Source: Candidatus Kapaibacterium sp. (GTDB lineage: Bacteria; Bacteroidota; Ignavibacteria; Palsa-1295). Taken from it: a stretch of 40,972 bases of DNA. The stretch is from positions 1 through 40,972 of the forward strand of contig JBKJTP010000102.1 of NCBI GenBank assembly GCA_046590195.1, read 5' to 3'. A model generated the notes under the pieces. The model had not been told where the DNA came from, did no database searches, and worked only from the letters and a program-made list of their open reading frames with translations. Of the stretch, positions 1 through 7,930 are shown one piece after another (position 1 is the first letter of the stretch; the number at the start of each line of letters is the position of its first letter). The position numbers and the translations under genes were made by a program.

Positions 1-130
1 TGCGCCATTCACGGGATCTCGAATGTAAATAATGCGCCATTACGAACTTGGACCTCTCGGCACTTCACAAGGTATAGACCACATCTTTGTTCCAGCAAGC
101 TAATTCTATGAGATTAAGAATCTAGTGCTT

Positions 131-153
131 AGGCCACCCGTCAGGATTCGAAC
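131..153 (-). other. tRNA 3'-end-like fragment (possible att site remnant)
   Basis: Minus strand reads GTTCGAATCCTGACGGGTGGCCT, resembling a T-loop plus acceptor 3' strand; the rest of a tRNA is absent. Confidence 0.35.
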
Positions 154-265
154 ATAAAGTTTGCATTGGTTGCGGGACCTGACTTTGGCAAGGGTGAAAT
201 GCTGAGTGTTTGAACCGTGGCGCACGCTTGGAGGATTGTGGTGTTGGAAGTCAGAGCAGAATTAA

Positions 266-1193
266 TGATCTGGTCCTGACTTAGTGGACAGTGGGAGTGC
301 TCGCGATTGTCAGGTGATGGTTGTTGCTTGATGTTCAAACTGTTCGGGTGATCGATAGTTCAGACTGGAGTGCAGCCTGGTTCTGTTGTAGAAGATCTCG
401 ATGTAGTCGAAGACCGATCGTTCTGCTTCCTGCCGCGTCTGATAGTGCTTCGGTGTTTCAGCTTTCAGCGATCGAAAGAACGACTCCATGGGTGCGTTGT
501 CCCAACAGTTGCCCTTGCGGCTCATGCTCTGCTGCAGGCCGTGTGTTGTCAGGATCGAGCGATACTGCTTCGAGGAGTACTGACAGCCTCGATCCGAGTG
601 ACAGATCAGTCCAGGTTGCGGCTGCCTGCGAGCAATCGCTTGACGGAGTGCCATGATCGGACCGGTCGCTTCAAGGTCATGCTGCATGCTCAGTCCGATG
701 ATCTTGCGTGAGTAGAGATCCATCACGGTCGCGACGTAGAGAAAGCCTTCACCGGTCGGGACATAAGTCATGTCGCAGACCCAGACACGATCGGCCTGAT
801 GCACAGTGAACCGTCGATCCAGCACGTTCGGTGTTGCTTTGGCATGATCGGATGTCGTTGTCCTGACAAACGCTTTGTGAGGCTCTACAGTAATGCCGTG
901 ATCCTACATGAGCTGACGCACACGATGTCTCGAACACGGATGTCCCTGTTGCTGCAATGCCGCGGTCATCCGGCGGCTGCCATAGACCCTGCGGCTGTGT
1001 ACATGCACGCTCTTCATCGGTTCGACCAGCGACCAGTTCGCCTGCTGGCGCTTGGCGACCACCTGCTTGAGATACCGGTAATACCCGCTCGGGCTGACGC
1101 GCAGCACCTGGCAGAGCACACGTACCGGATACATCCCAGCATAGAACTCGATCAGGCTAAACTTCACTGGTGGTCCCTCGAAAAGATAGCCGT
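266..1193 (-). mobile_element. Truncated IS3-family insertion sequence
   Basis: Terminal IR-like TGATCTGGTCCTGACTTAGTGGACA at 266 resembles IS3 ends; orfB with rve integrase core; only the last 9 codons of orfA (TAIFSRDHQ*, 1164-1193) remain; the other IR is missing. Confidence 0.9.
310..1167 (-). pseudogene. IS3-family transposase OrfB with in-frame stop
   Basis: ORFs 904..1167 (HTH part, YGSRRM) and 310..825 (WVCDMTY, HSDRGCQY, DNAPMESFF) are in the same frame, separated by a TAG at 904-906. Confidence 0.9.
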
Positions 1194-1221
1194 CCCATCA
1201 TGAGCAATGCCAGGCAGACTC

Positions 1222-1490
1222 CTATAGAATCTGCTGACCTCGTATTGATCAATAGCAGATCGTCTGATGTGGTTAATGCGATCCTGCTCTCACGTATCAC
1301 GTATCGAAAGATGATCCAAAACTTGCTTTGGGCAACAGACTATAACGGGATAGCACTACCCCTAGCGGCAGGTGTCGCCATCCCTCTCGGCATTGGAGTC
1401 TCTCCTGCCATAGGTGCTGAATTCATGAGCGCATCGACGGTCATTGTCGCTCTAAATGCCCTTTCGCTTAAACGAACCACGTTGATTTGA
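1222..1490 (+). pseudogene. C-terminal fragment of a P1B-3 Cu-ATPase (diverged copy of 9852-10120)
   Basis: Colinear high nucleotide similarity to the 3' end of the intact ATPase (IESADLVLINS...MSASTVIVALNALSLKRT); no N-terminal part. Confidence 0.9.
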
Positions 1491-1607
1491 CCCAGAATTT
1501 CTTTGCTTGACGCTTTTATTGATAGGAGCCGGATCTCTGTGTGGGAGGCCGTAACGCGGATCTCCTGTTTAGTTGTCACTTGGAACGGTAGTTAGGCATA
1601 GCATGTC

Positions 1608-1670
1608 CTCGCCAGGTGTTATCCGTATCACTTTGTTCTTCGTCTTGTTCACATACCAGATGGCCGGGTC
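1608..1670 (-). pseudogene. Short fragment of the secreted propeller gene (copy of 5419-5481)
   Basis: Encodes AIWYVNKTKNKVIRITPGE versus AIWYVNKTKNKVVRITPGE in the intact gene. Confidence 0.85.
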
Positions 1671-1777
1671 CAAGTTTCCGCCTGGCACGCCTTCGCACAC
1701 GGTCGATACACCGGAATTTCGCCAGACCTTAATACCAGCGAAAACCTGGGCATTCCTTGACATTCATTCCACCCTCG

Positions 1778-2182
1778 TTATGGTGTAACAGTTAGTGTTA
1801 GCGTCATCCCAAGATCGGGATGAGTGAGCACAGGGCATAAAACGTCATACGTGCCTGGAGCTAAACTGACAACCAGGTCAGCGGATTCTCCTTCTTTTAG
1901 ATGACGCTCAAGTTCCTTCTCGACACCGTTGCCCTTAATCTTGAAACTATGCATTTTACCACTATTCGAGATTCGGAATGTCGTATTTCCTGCTGGTATT
2001 GTTGTCGGCATGTGAATCTTCATCTCGTAGAGCGCTACCTCGACGATTTGACCGTCCGCAGTCTTTATGATACGTTGACCGCTTTGTGCGTTTTGAGAGG
2101 TCTTGCATGAGGTCAATGTAAGCGATGTGATTACGAGGATTGCCGAAACAGCAATGGTGGAAAAGCGGATGCGGATGTTCAT
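1778..2182 (-). CDS. Cupredoxin-domain lipoprotein (type-1 copper site)
   Basis: Lipobox-like LTSC; MHSF plus C-terminal YDVLCPVLTHPDLGM giving His/Cys/His/Met ligands. Confidence 0.85.
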   Translation of the reverse strand: MNIRIRFSTIAVSAILVITSLTLTSCKTSQNAQSGQRIIKTADGQIVEVALYEMKIHMPTTIPAGNTTFRISNSGKMHSFKIKGNGVEKELERHLKEGESADLVVSLAPGTYDVLCPVLTHPDLGMTLTLTVTP

Positions 2183-2398
2183 AGATTTATTGTTTGAACA
2201 TTCATCAGCAAATATTGCGCCTCACTAGACCGTGTGTACTTATTCCGCTACAGGTCAACCTTCTCCAGCAGTATCGCATACTGCTGGGTTTCTTAACTTA
2301 AAATGGATGGATCCCAACGATTTGATGAAGGGAGGAGTCATTCGTCTTCACAACTTGACGGCTGGTAGCCCGATTGCGCTATGTTTCACTGGATCCTG

Positions 2399-4798
2399 CT
2401 ATCTAACAATAGTTACAGGCACGCTGATGGTTTTGGTGTCAGATCGAATAGTGAGTCTGTAGATACCAGAAGGAATTGCGAGCATGCTCACGTTCAACAA
2501 GTGACTGCCAATTGAATATGAACCCTCGACGATCGTCTTCACATTCCGGCCCAGCGCATCCGTCAAGATTAATCTCACATACTTGTTTGCGAACAGTCCC
2601 AGTTGAACGTTCATCGACTCGTTAACAGGATTTGGGAATACGTGAAGCGTTGGCTCATTCGAGAGGCTAGCAGGAGTAGCGTCAACTCCTGCTGTTGGTC
2701 CTTCGAGTCCGGATGCTAGAGTTGTAATGCTCTCGGCAGGCAGCGTGAGACGGATCATGCTCTTTCCGTTTGCCGCGAAGGAGGGCAGAGGTGACCATAG
2801 GCGACCGGCTGTTGACTGCTCACCTACAACGGAGCCAGCTAGTGAAGTACCATCGATTGCGATCTCAGTTATGCGCTCGCTGGTTGCATTATTGATTATT
2901 ACGAAGACTAGCCTTCCTTGTGTAGTGTCTCGAAAGGTTGTAATCTGGACAAGCGAGTCGCTGCTACTGGATTCGATACGGACTGCACCACGCGGGATCC
3001 AACGTGCATAATGCCCAATAGCGTAACCCATGCCACTGATATAGACTCGATCCGTATCGACCAAGGCGATGCTGCTTGATTCGGTGAAGAAATCGATACC
3101 TCGGCCTGCGAAATGCTCTTCATGCGAGCGGCGATCCATCATCGCATTCATTCCATAGTATGCAGAAGCATCTGCATATTTGAACTCATCATGAATATGG
3201 ATAGCCCGAGCGCGAACATTCTCAAAGGCTTCGAACGAGTAATCGTTATTGCCTGGACCTTCCGATACTTCCACCATCCATATAGGGATGCCATACTGCT
3301 TACCAAGATTGCGGAGCTTTTGTCTGTTGGCGAGCTCAGATTGTATTGGGAGTCCACGACCAGATTCCTGCAAGATCCTTCGCACACTGGAGTATGGCGA
3401 TTCATATGGATACGGGTGATATGAGATCGCACCTACATACTGGCGGGCTTCTACGTCCTCAAGGATAGACTTCGCGACATCATAGGATCGTACAACGGTT
3501 TCTTCCCCTGGCACAATCAGTTTGCCTGTACCAAATCCGGCATCCTTAAGTCTCCTTCCAATCCGCTTGACAAGGTCAACGAGTAATTGATTTGTCCCTC
3601 CTACGATCTCCCTGTTGCCGCTAGTAGGCTCGTTCCATGGAGCCACCCAGCGCGGCGTGATGCCATAGACATCTCTCCAGCGAAGCATACCGGCAGTAAC
3701 GAACTCTGCACATTCATCCAGGTAGCGCTCATAGTCTTGTGTGCGGAACGGATCGAGAAAAGCAAGTGAACCCTTTGTAGAAAGCTTATTGGCGAGCGAG
3801 AAATTGTCGAATCCGTATGGCGTTGCAAGATCAACTACTTTCTCCTTCATCGCATCCTGTGCAATCCAGCTAAAGCCATCCTGATTGTAGACGAATGGGT
3901 CATCGTTATCATTGCGACGCTCATTCCACAGATCGACAGCGTTCGAGGGTGTCTCCATAATGCCGGGCTCTAGCTGTCCCATAGTGAGCTTGACCTGATT
4001 GTATAATTTTTCGATAGCGTCGGCTCGTTGTACCGCCGATAAGTAATCGTTGGTACCGTACGCTAGCGACAATGTAGTTGCGCCAAAGCCTTCCATCTGT
4101 TGATGGGTCACATCAGTGTTCACGCGGATCGATACAGGAATTGCAGGACTGGGAATGTCCTCCAAATCTCCAGCACCCCATGATTCGAAAACCGGGGCTG
4201 GATAGACCGGTGAAAAACCGATTGTGAAACGGAATGCCATGCCAGGCTGACCTACACCTACGATTGCATCGGGCGATGTATCGGTAGCGGTCAACGTAGC
4301 GATTCCATTGTGATAACCAGTTATGGTCATACCTTGGATCTCAATCCGCAAAGTATCGCCAGGCAAAGGCATAGCACCCTGCATGGAGGCTAAGATACGA
4401 GTTTGGGCAGTTGGAACACCGTCGTACTTGATCTCCCATTGACCACCTCGATCATTCCAATGAAAACCGTATCGAGCCTTATCACTTGCCCTTCTTCTCA
4501 CGAAGACCTGGGTCAGTATACTATCGGCTTTGTTAGTAGAGATGATGGCTTCACTAAACTGATCCGAGGCAAATACTACATGGTGCCATTCAACAAGCCC
4601 GAACAAGGTCGGGCTAGAGGTAAGACCCAAATCGCTATTATTGATGGTGCCAACTCCTGAGCCACCGAAGAGTACGGTCCAATTGGATCCTAGTGTCGGA
4701 CGTTCGAAGTCGTCAGAAACGTAAGTCTGAGCGCCAAGTCTAGGGGCAAGAATGAGAAGCAGAAGGGCAAGTACAGAGACGGTGCAAGGGTGGTTCAT
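2399..4798 (-). CDS. Secreted clan-A glycoside hydrolase (GH30-like) with N-terminal beta-sandwich and T9SS C-terminal domain
   Basis: Signal peptide; HQQMEGFG, PWNEP (acid/base), IWMVE (nucleophile), TLPAESITT; C-terminal VFPNP...DALGR...SGIY sorting-domain pattern. Confidence 0.8.
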   Translation of the reverse strand: MNHPCTVSVLALLLLILAPRLGAQTYVSDDFERPTLGSNWTVLFGGSGVGTINNSDLGLTSSPTLFGLVEWHHVVFASDQFSEAIISTNKADSILTQVFVRRRASDKARYGFHWNDRGGQWEIKYDGVPTAQTRILASMQGAMPLPGDTLRIEIQGMTITGYHNGIATLTATDTSPDAIVGVGQPGMAFRFTIGFSPVYPAPVFESWGAGDLEDIPSPAIPVSIRVNTDVTHQQMEGFGATTLSLAYGTNDYLSAVQRADAIEKLYNQVKLTMGQLEPGIMETPSNAVDLWNERRNDNDDPFVYNQDGFSWIAQDAMKEKVVDLATPYGFDNFSLANKLSTKGSLAFLDPFRTQDYERYLDECAEFVTAGMLRWRDVYGITPRWVAPWNEPTSGNREIVGGTNQLLVDLVKRIGRRLKDAGFGTGKLIVPGEETVVRSYDVAKSILEDVEARQYVGAISYHPYPYESPYSSVRRILQESGRGLPIQSELANRQKLRNLGKQYGIPIWMVEVSEGPGNNDYSFEAFENVRARAIHIHDEFKYADASAYYGMNAMMDRRSHEEHFAGRGIDFFTESSSIALVDTDRVYISGMGYAIGHYARWIPRGAVRIESSSSDSLVQITTFRDTTQGRLVFVIINNATSERITEIAIDGTSLAGSVVGEQSTAGRLWSPLPSFAANGKSMIRLTLPAESITTLASGLEGPTAGVDATPASLSNEPTLHVFPNPVNESMNVQLGLFANKYVRLILTDALGRNVKTIVEGSYSIGSHLLNVSMLAIPSGIYRLTIRSDTKTISVPVTIVR

Positions 4799-4894
4799 GT
4801 TAGTTACTCATATGGTGTTCTACTTAACCAACCGACAGAGGCAAAGTTACACTTGCTCGTACCGATAAAGGAAAGCTAATGCTAAGTGCGGTAC

Positions 4895-4957
4895 AGCCTT
4901 CTTGGCTAGCCTTCTTTGCTGGCTTTCTTGGCTGGCTTTCTTGGCTGGCCTTCGTTG
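4895..4957. repeat. 13-bp tandem repeat, about 4.8 copies
   Basis: agccttcttggct / agccttctttgct / ggctttcttggct / ggctttcttggct / ggccttcgttg. Confidence 0.9.
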
Positions 4958-5115
4958 TCTTTCCCTCGGCCTATCACAACTCACGCTCTCTCAACCAAGG
5001 GGAGGATTGACCTAACTACGCTCCGATTGAATCTAAGGATCATCCCAAATAACATCGCTCTTCATCGTAGTTGTACCACGTACGTAACTCAAGCATAAGG
5101 AGCCATGCACCGCCC

Positions 5116-5144
5116 AAAAAAAAGGCCTGCTAATAGCAGGCCTT
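5116..5144 (-). terminator. Rho-independent terminator
   Basis: aaggcctgct-aat-agcaggcctt hairpin followed by T8 on the minus strand, just after the 5164 stop. Confidence 0.85.
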
Positions 5145-5163
5145 AAAGCTTAGAGAAGGTACG

Positions 5164-6504
5164 TTACCGGCTAACCACAAACCGGTGAAAGCTTGCCTCG
5201 TCTTCCGATACTAAGTAGTATATCCCATTTGTTAAGTCGCTAACATCAACCGTTGTTGGCATCGTCGTAAGATCAACATGCTTCATTGTTCGTCCGAGCG
5301 CGTCCACAACGCGAACGGTACCGACAAGGCTAGATTGGTCAATGGTAAGAGTTGCATTGGCCGGATTTGGATAAAGACTGGCACTCGTCAGATCACTGCT
5401 TAATTCTACTGACAGCGGCTCGCCCGGTGTTATGCGTACCACTTTATTTTTCGTCTTGTTCACATACCAGATGGCTGAGTCAGGTCCAACTTTCACTCCC
5501 ATAATTCCTGCCTCGCCCGTATTTACAGATCCAAGATACTCTGGAGGATTAACTGTCACATCATAGATCCGAATCACTCCAGTACTGTTTGCGCTCACAA
5601 TCAAACGACCTTGGAAGTAATCGATTCCGCACAACTTGGTGAGCCCGGAATCTAATGTCTCCACCTTAACTCCCTCTACGAGTGAGTACTCCACCAGCAA
5701 CTCATTCTGAGTAAACAATTCGTCTGTGACCTCACCAGATCGCGTCTGAACGCGTAGAATGCGATTATTGCCATTATCTACCGCGTAGAGCCAGCCCGTT
5801 GACTCATCTAGCACCAGATGACTGGGCAGAGAAGCGACACGCTTCACAGGGACTGCAAATTCCCTTACAATACCATTTGAATGGTCATCCTCACCGTAGC
5901 CATGAGGGTCCTGAAAATCGTACCGATAAATTGCTTTGTTGAACCCGTCAAATACCCAATAGACATTTCCTGTGTCGGCTGCGATACCCATTGTGAACGG
6001 GCTCTCGTGCAGCATGTCTAAATGACTACCGAGTGGCTCATTTTCGATCCAATTATTCTGATTGATCCTAGCGAAGAGGGCAGTATCGGAATCCCAAAGC
6101 GCGGGTCCCATAAAAGTGCTTGTAGTGTTACCTGCGGTATTCCTGATGTCAGCGCTTGTACCGAAATTACCGTTTGCGGCCATTGCAATGCCGCTTGCAT
6201 TCATCATGAAGTGACCGGCATGAGAGTCATGACGATACTCGGTCCATTGAGTGCTTGTTCCAGCATTATAGACTATCACCACAGTCCCGCCGTTAGCGTC
6301 TCCTTTGTTTAAGATCCAAAGTTCTTTTTCTCTTCCAGGCACCCTACAAAAATCGAGGTCCTGAGGTGAAGATACCTTTGCCTTACTGTCTGCGACAACT
6401 GTCGCAATGGGAGTGGTGTTAATGTATCTATCGATTGGATTCTGTTGAGCTTGTACAATTGAACAACAACAACAGAAAGCGATGGCTACTAGTGATGATC
6501 TCAT
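5164..6504 (-). CDS. Secreted beta-propeller-like protein with His/Met motifs and T9SS C-terminal domain
   Basis: Signal peptide ending VQA-Q; propeller-like blades; HDSHAGHFM, SHLDMLHESP, HGYGEDDH; LYPNP...DALGR...NGIY C-terminus. ATG at 6504 preferred to TTG at 6525. Confidence 0.75.
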   Translation of the reverse strand: MRSSLVAIAFCCCCSIVQAQQNPIDRYINTTPIATVVADSKAKVSSPQDLDFCRVPGREKELWILNKGDANGGTVVIVYNAGTSTQWTEYRHDSHAGHFMMNASGIAMAANGNFGTSADIRNTAGNTTSTFMGPALWDSDTALFARINQNNWIENEPLGSHLDMLHESPFTMGIAADTGNVYWVFDGFNKAIYRYDFQDPHGYGEDDHSNGIVREFAVPVKRVASLPSHLVLDESTGWLYAVDNGNNRILRVQTRSGEVTDELFTQNELLVEYSLVEGVKVETLDSGLTKLCGIDYFQGRLIVSANSTGVIRIYDVTVNPPEYLGSVNTGEAGIMGVKVGPDSAIWYVNKTKNKVVRITPGEPLSVELSSDLTSASLYPNPANATLTIDQSSLVGTVRVVDALGRTMKHVDLTTMPTTVDVSDLTNGIYYLVSEDEASFHRFVVSR

Positions 6505-6553
6505 AGTTTGTGCATTGACTTTCAAGTCTGCGAATATAAGGATAAACCCAGGA

Positions 6554-6597
6554 TCTAGACTTAAATTCGACGGATTCTAGACTTAAATTCGGCGGAT
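6554..6597. repeat. 22-bp tandem direct repeat, 2 copies, 1 mismatch
   Basis: tctagacttaaattcgacggat / tctagacttaaattcggcggat. Confidence 0.9.
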
Positions 6598-6685
6598 TCA
6601 GGCCTCCAGATCCATAAAGCACACCTAACCTCCATAACTGGTACTCAAAGTGTCCTGACCAATCAGCCTTGCGTATTCGAGCCAC

Positions 6686-6871
6686 ATGTTGCAACGTCGA
6701 ACCGGGAAGAAAATAGCGAAAGCGCTTAGTATTGCTCTTCTACTCCTCCTTGGAGGAGTTCTCATCAGAGCTGAGTATGACTGGTTTGGATATTTGACGG
6801 TTGGAATTGCTGTCGTTTTCCTGTTTGAGTGGAGGCGCAGTGAAGGATCATCCGGTGAGCAGAGGTGGTGA
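6686..6871 (+). CDS. Possible small two-helix membrane protein
   Basis: Basic N-terminus followed by two hydrophobic stretches; no family recognised. Confidence 0.4.
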   Translation: MLQRRTGKKIAKALSIALLLLLGGVLIRAEYDWFGYLTVGIAVVFLFEWRRSEGSSGEQRW

Positions 6872-7035
6872 TCAACAGGACACTTTAAGCCGGATTTTCG
6901 CAGCCCATCTACTAATGCTGGAGGCTGTCTTTCTCTTGGATGCTTGTTATGGGAGACCAGCGTCCGAAATACCTTTTGGTTACACTAGGATCCAACAAGT
7001 TTTAGTCGGGTCTGACCAAGTCAACTTCAATGGTT

Positions 7036-7068
7036 ACTGTAACCACTAAGACATTAGCGGCGTCATAG
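7036..7068 (+). promoter_or_regulatory. Putative ECF-sigma promoter ACTGTAACC-N16-CGTCATAG (copy 1)
   Basis: ECF-type AAC/CGT boxes directly upstream of the sigma gene; same boxes and spacing at 11814. Confidence 0.8.
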
Positions 7069-7086
7069 TGCAGATCAAGAGATCAA

Positions 7087-7620
7087 ATGACCAACGAAGA
7101 AGTACAAAAGCAGATATTAGCACACCGATCTAAGCTTGTGGCCTATGTCGCGGGTAAGGTTCAGAACGTGGATATTGCAGAAGACATCGTGCAAGAAGGG
7201 TTACTCAAAGCTTTGCGGTCAGCGCCTGATCTCAAAGAAGATGAGAAATTGCTCCCGTGGTTTTACCGCATACTCCAAAATGCTATCATTGACGAGTATC
7301 GAAAGGAGGGTAGGTTAGCAAAGCGGCAGGAGGCTTATGCCATTGAACACACATCGATAATGACGGATGAGGATAAATCAACCGTTTGTGAGTGCTTCAA
7401 GGACCTGATGCCTTCGCTTAAACCCGAGTATGCAGAGGTGCTTGATGCTTTGGACCTCAATGAGGAGGATCCAGATGCGGTTGCAAATCGCCTTGGTGTC
7501 ACTCGGGGAAATCTCAAAGTGCGAGCGCACCGGGCTCGTCAACAGTTGAGATCGAAGCTTGAGGAGACCTGCCAAATGTGTGCACGACACGGGTGTCTGA
7601 ACTGTACTTGCATTCGGTAG
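7087..7620 (+). CDS. CorE-like (ECF44) metal-responsive ECF sigma factor
   Basis: Sigma2 (AEDIVQE, PWFYRILQNAIIDEYR) and sigma4 (VRAHRARQQL); linker CxC (VCEC); Cys-rich tail CQMCARHGCLNCTC; no adjacent anti-sigma. Confidence 0.88.
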   Translation: MTNEEVQKQILAHRSKLVAYVAGKVQNVDIAEDIVQEGLLKALRSAPDLKEDEKLLPWFYRILQNAIIDEYRKEGRLAKRQEAYAIEHTSIMTDEDKSTVCECFKDLMPSLKPEYAEVLDALDLNEEDPDAVANRLGVTRGNLKVRAHRARQQLRSKLEETCQMCARHGCLNCTCIR

Positions 7621-7640
7621 CCAATGATCTCACTTAACGC

Positions 7641-7862
7641 ATGGATTATACGCATATGGTTACAGAAACAATCAAGATCGGGGGGATGAGTTGCGCAGGT
7701 GCTTGCGTGCGCAGCGTTAAACAGGCACTCAACGAAGTCGATGGTGTGAAGATAAACGAAGTTGGACTCGGGTTCGCCAGCGTCACATACGATGAGGAAG
7801 CTGATGTTCGAGATCTCACACTTCAAGCGATTAAGCAAGCTGGCTTTAAGCCTGTGTCTTGA
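7641..7862 (+). CDS. CopZ-like HMA copper chaperone
   Basis: About 70 aa, GGMSCAGAC...VKQAL.EVDGV...AIKQAGF HMA pattern; start may be 7656. Confidence 0.85.
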   Translation: MDYTHMVTETIKIGGMSCAGACVRSVKQALNEVDGVKINEVGLGFASVTYDEEADVRDLTLQAIKQAGFKPVS

Positions 7863-7870
7863 ATCCTGAG

Positions 7871-7905
7871 AGGGAGGTCGGGCTCGGCTTCCCTAATTTT
7901 TTTTT
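7871..7905 (+). terminator. Terminator-like hairpin between chaperone and ATPase
   Basis: agggaggtcg-ggct-cggcttccct followed by aa and T9. Confidence 0.7.
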
Positions 7906-7930
7906 GCTGTGTCCAATCTGCACCATACCA

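Noticed and set aside
1-45. tgcgccatt repeated at 1 and 33
   Set aside because: Only 9 bp, two copies, at the window edge; not enough for a CRISPR or iteron call
904-906. TAG as possible programmed read-through or recoding
   Set aside because: The element also lacks most of orfA and one IR, and other genes here end at TAG; a simple nonsense mutation is more likely
799-1203. 134-aa plus-strand ORF (also 321..656 and 370..711)
   Set aside because: Antisense shadows of the IS3 transposase
1170-1490. 106-aa ORF as a functional gene
   Set aside because: Chimera of IS antisense sequence and a decayed ATPase tail
1784-1807. TGTAAC...CGTCAT as a third ECF promoter
   Set aside because: Spacer only 12 nt, and it lies antisense within a CDS
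2399-4798. GH30-like gene as part of the copper system
   Set aside because: No metal motifs or shared promoter; likely a passenger
6463-6474. CCCC run in the propeller protein as a metal site
   Set aside because: Lies inside the predicted cleaved signal peptide
4895-6597. 13-bp and 22-bp repeats as CRISPR arrays
   Set aside because: No unique spacers and no cas genes
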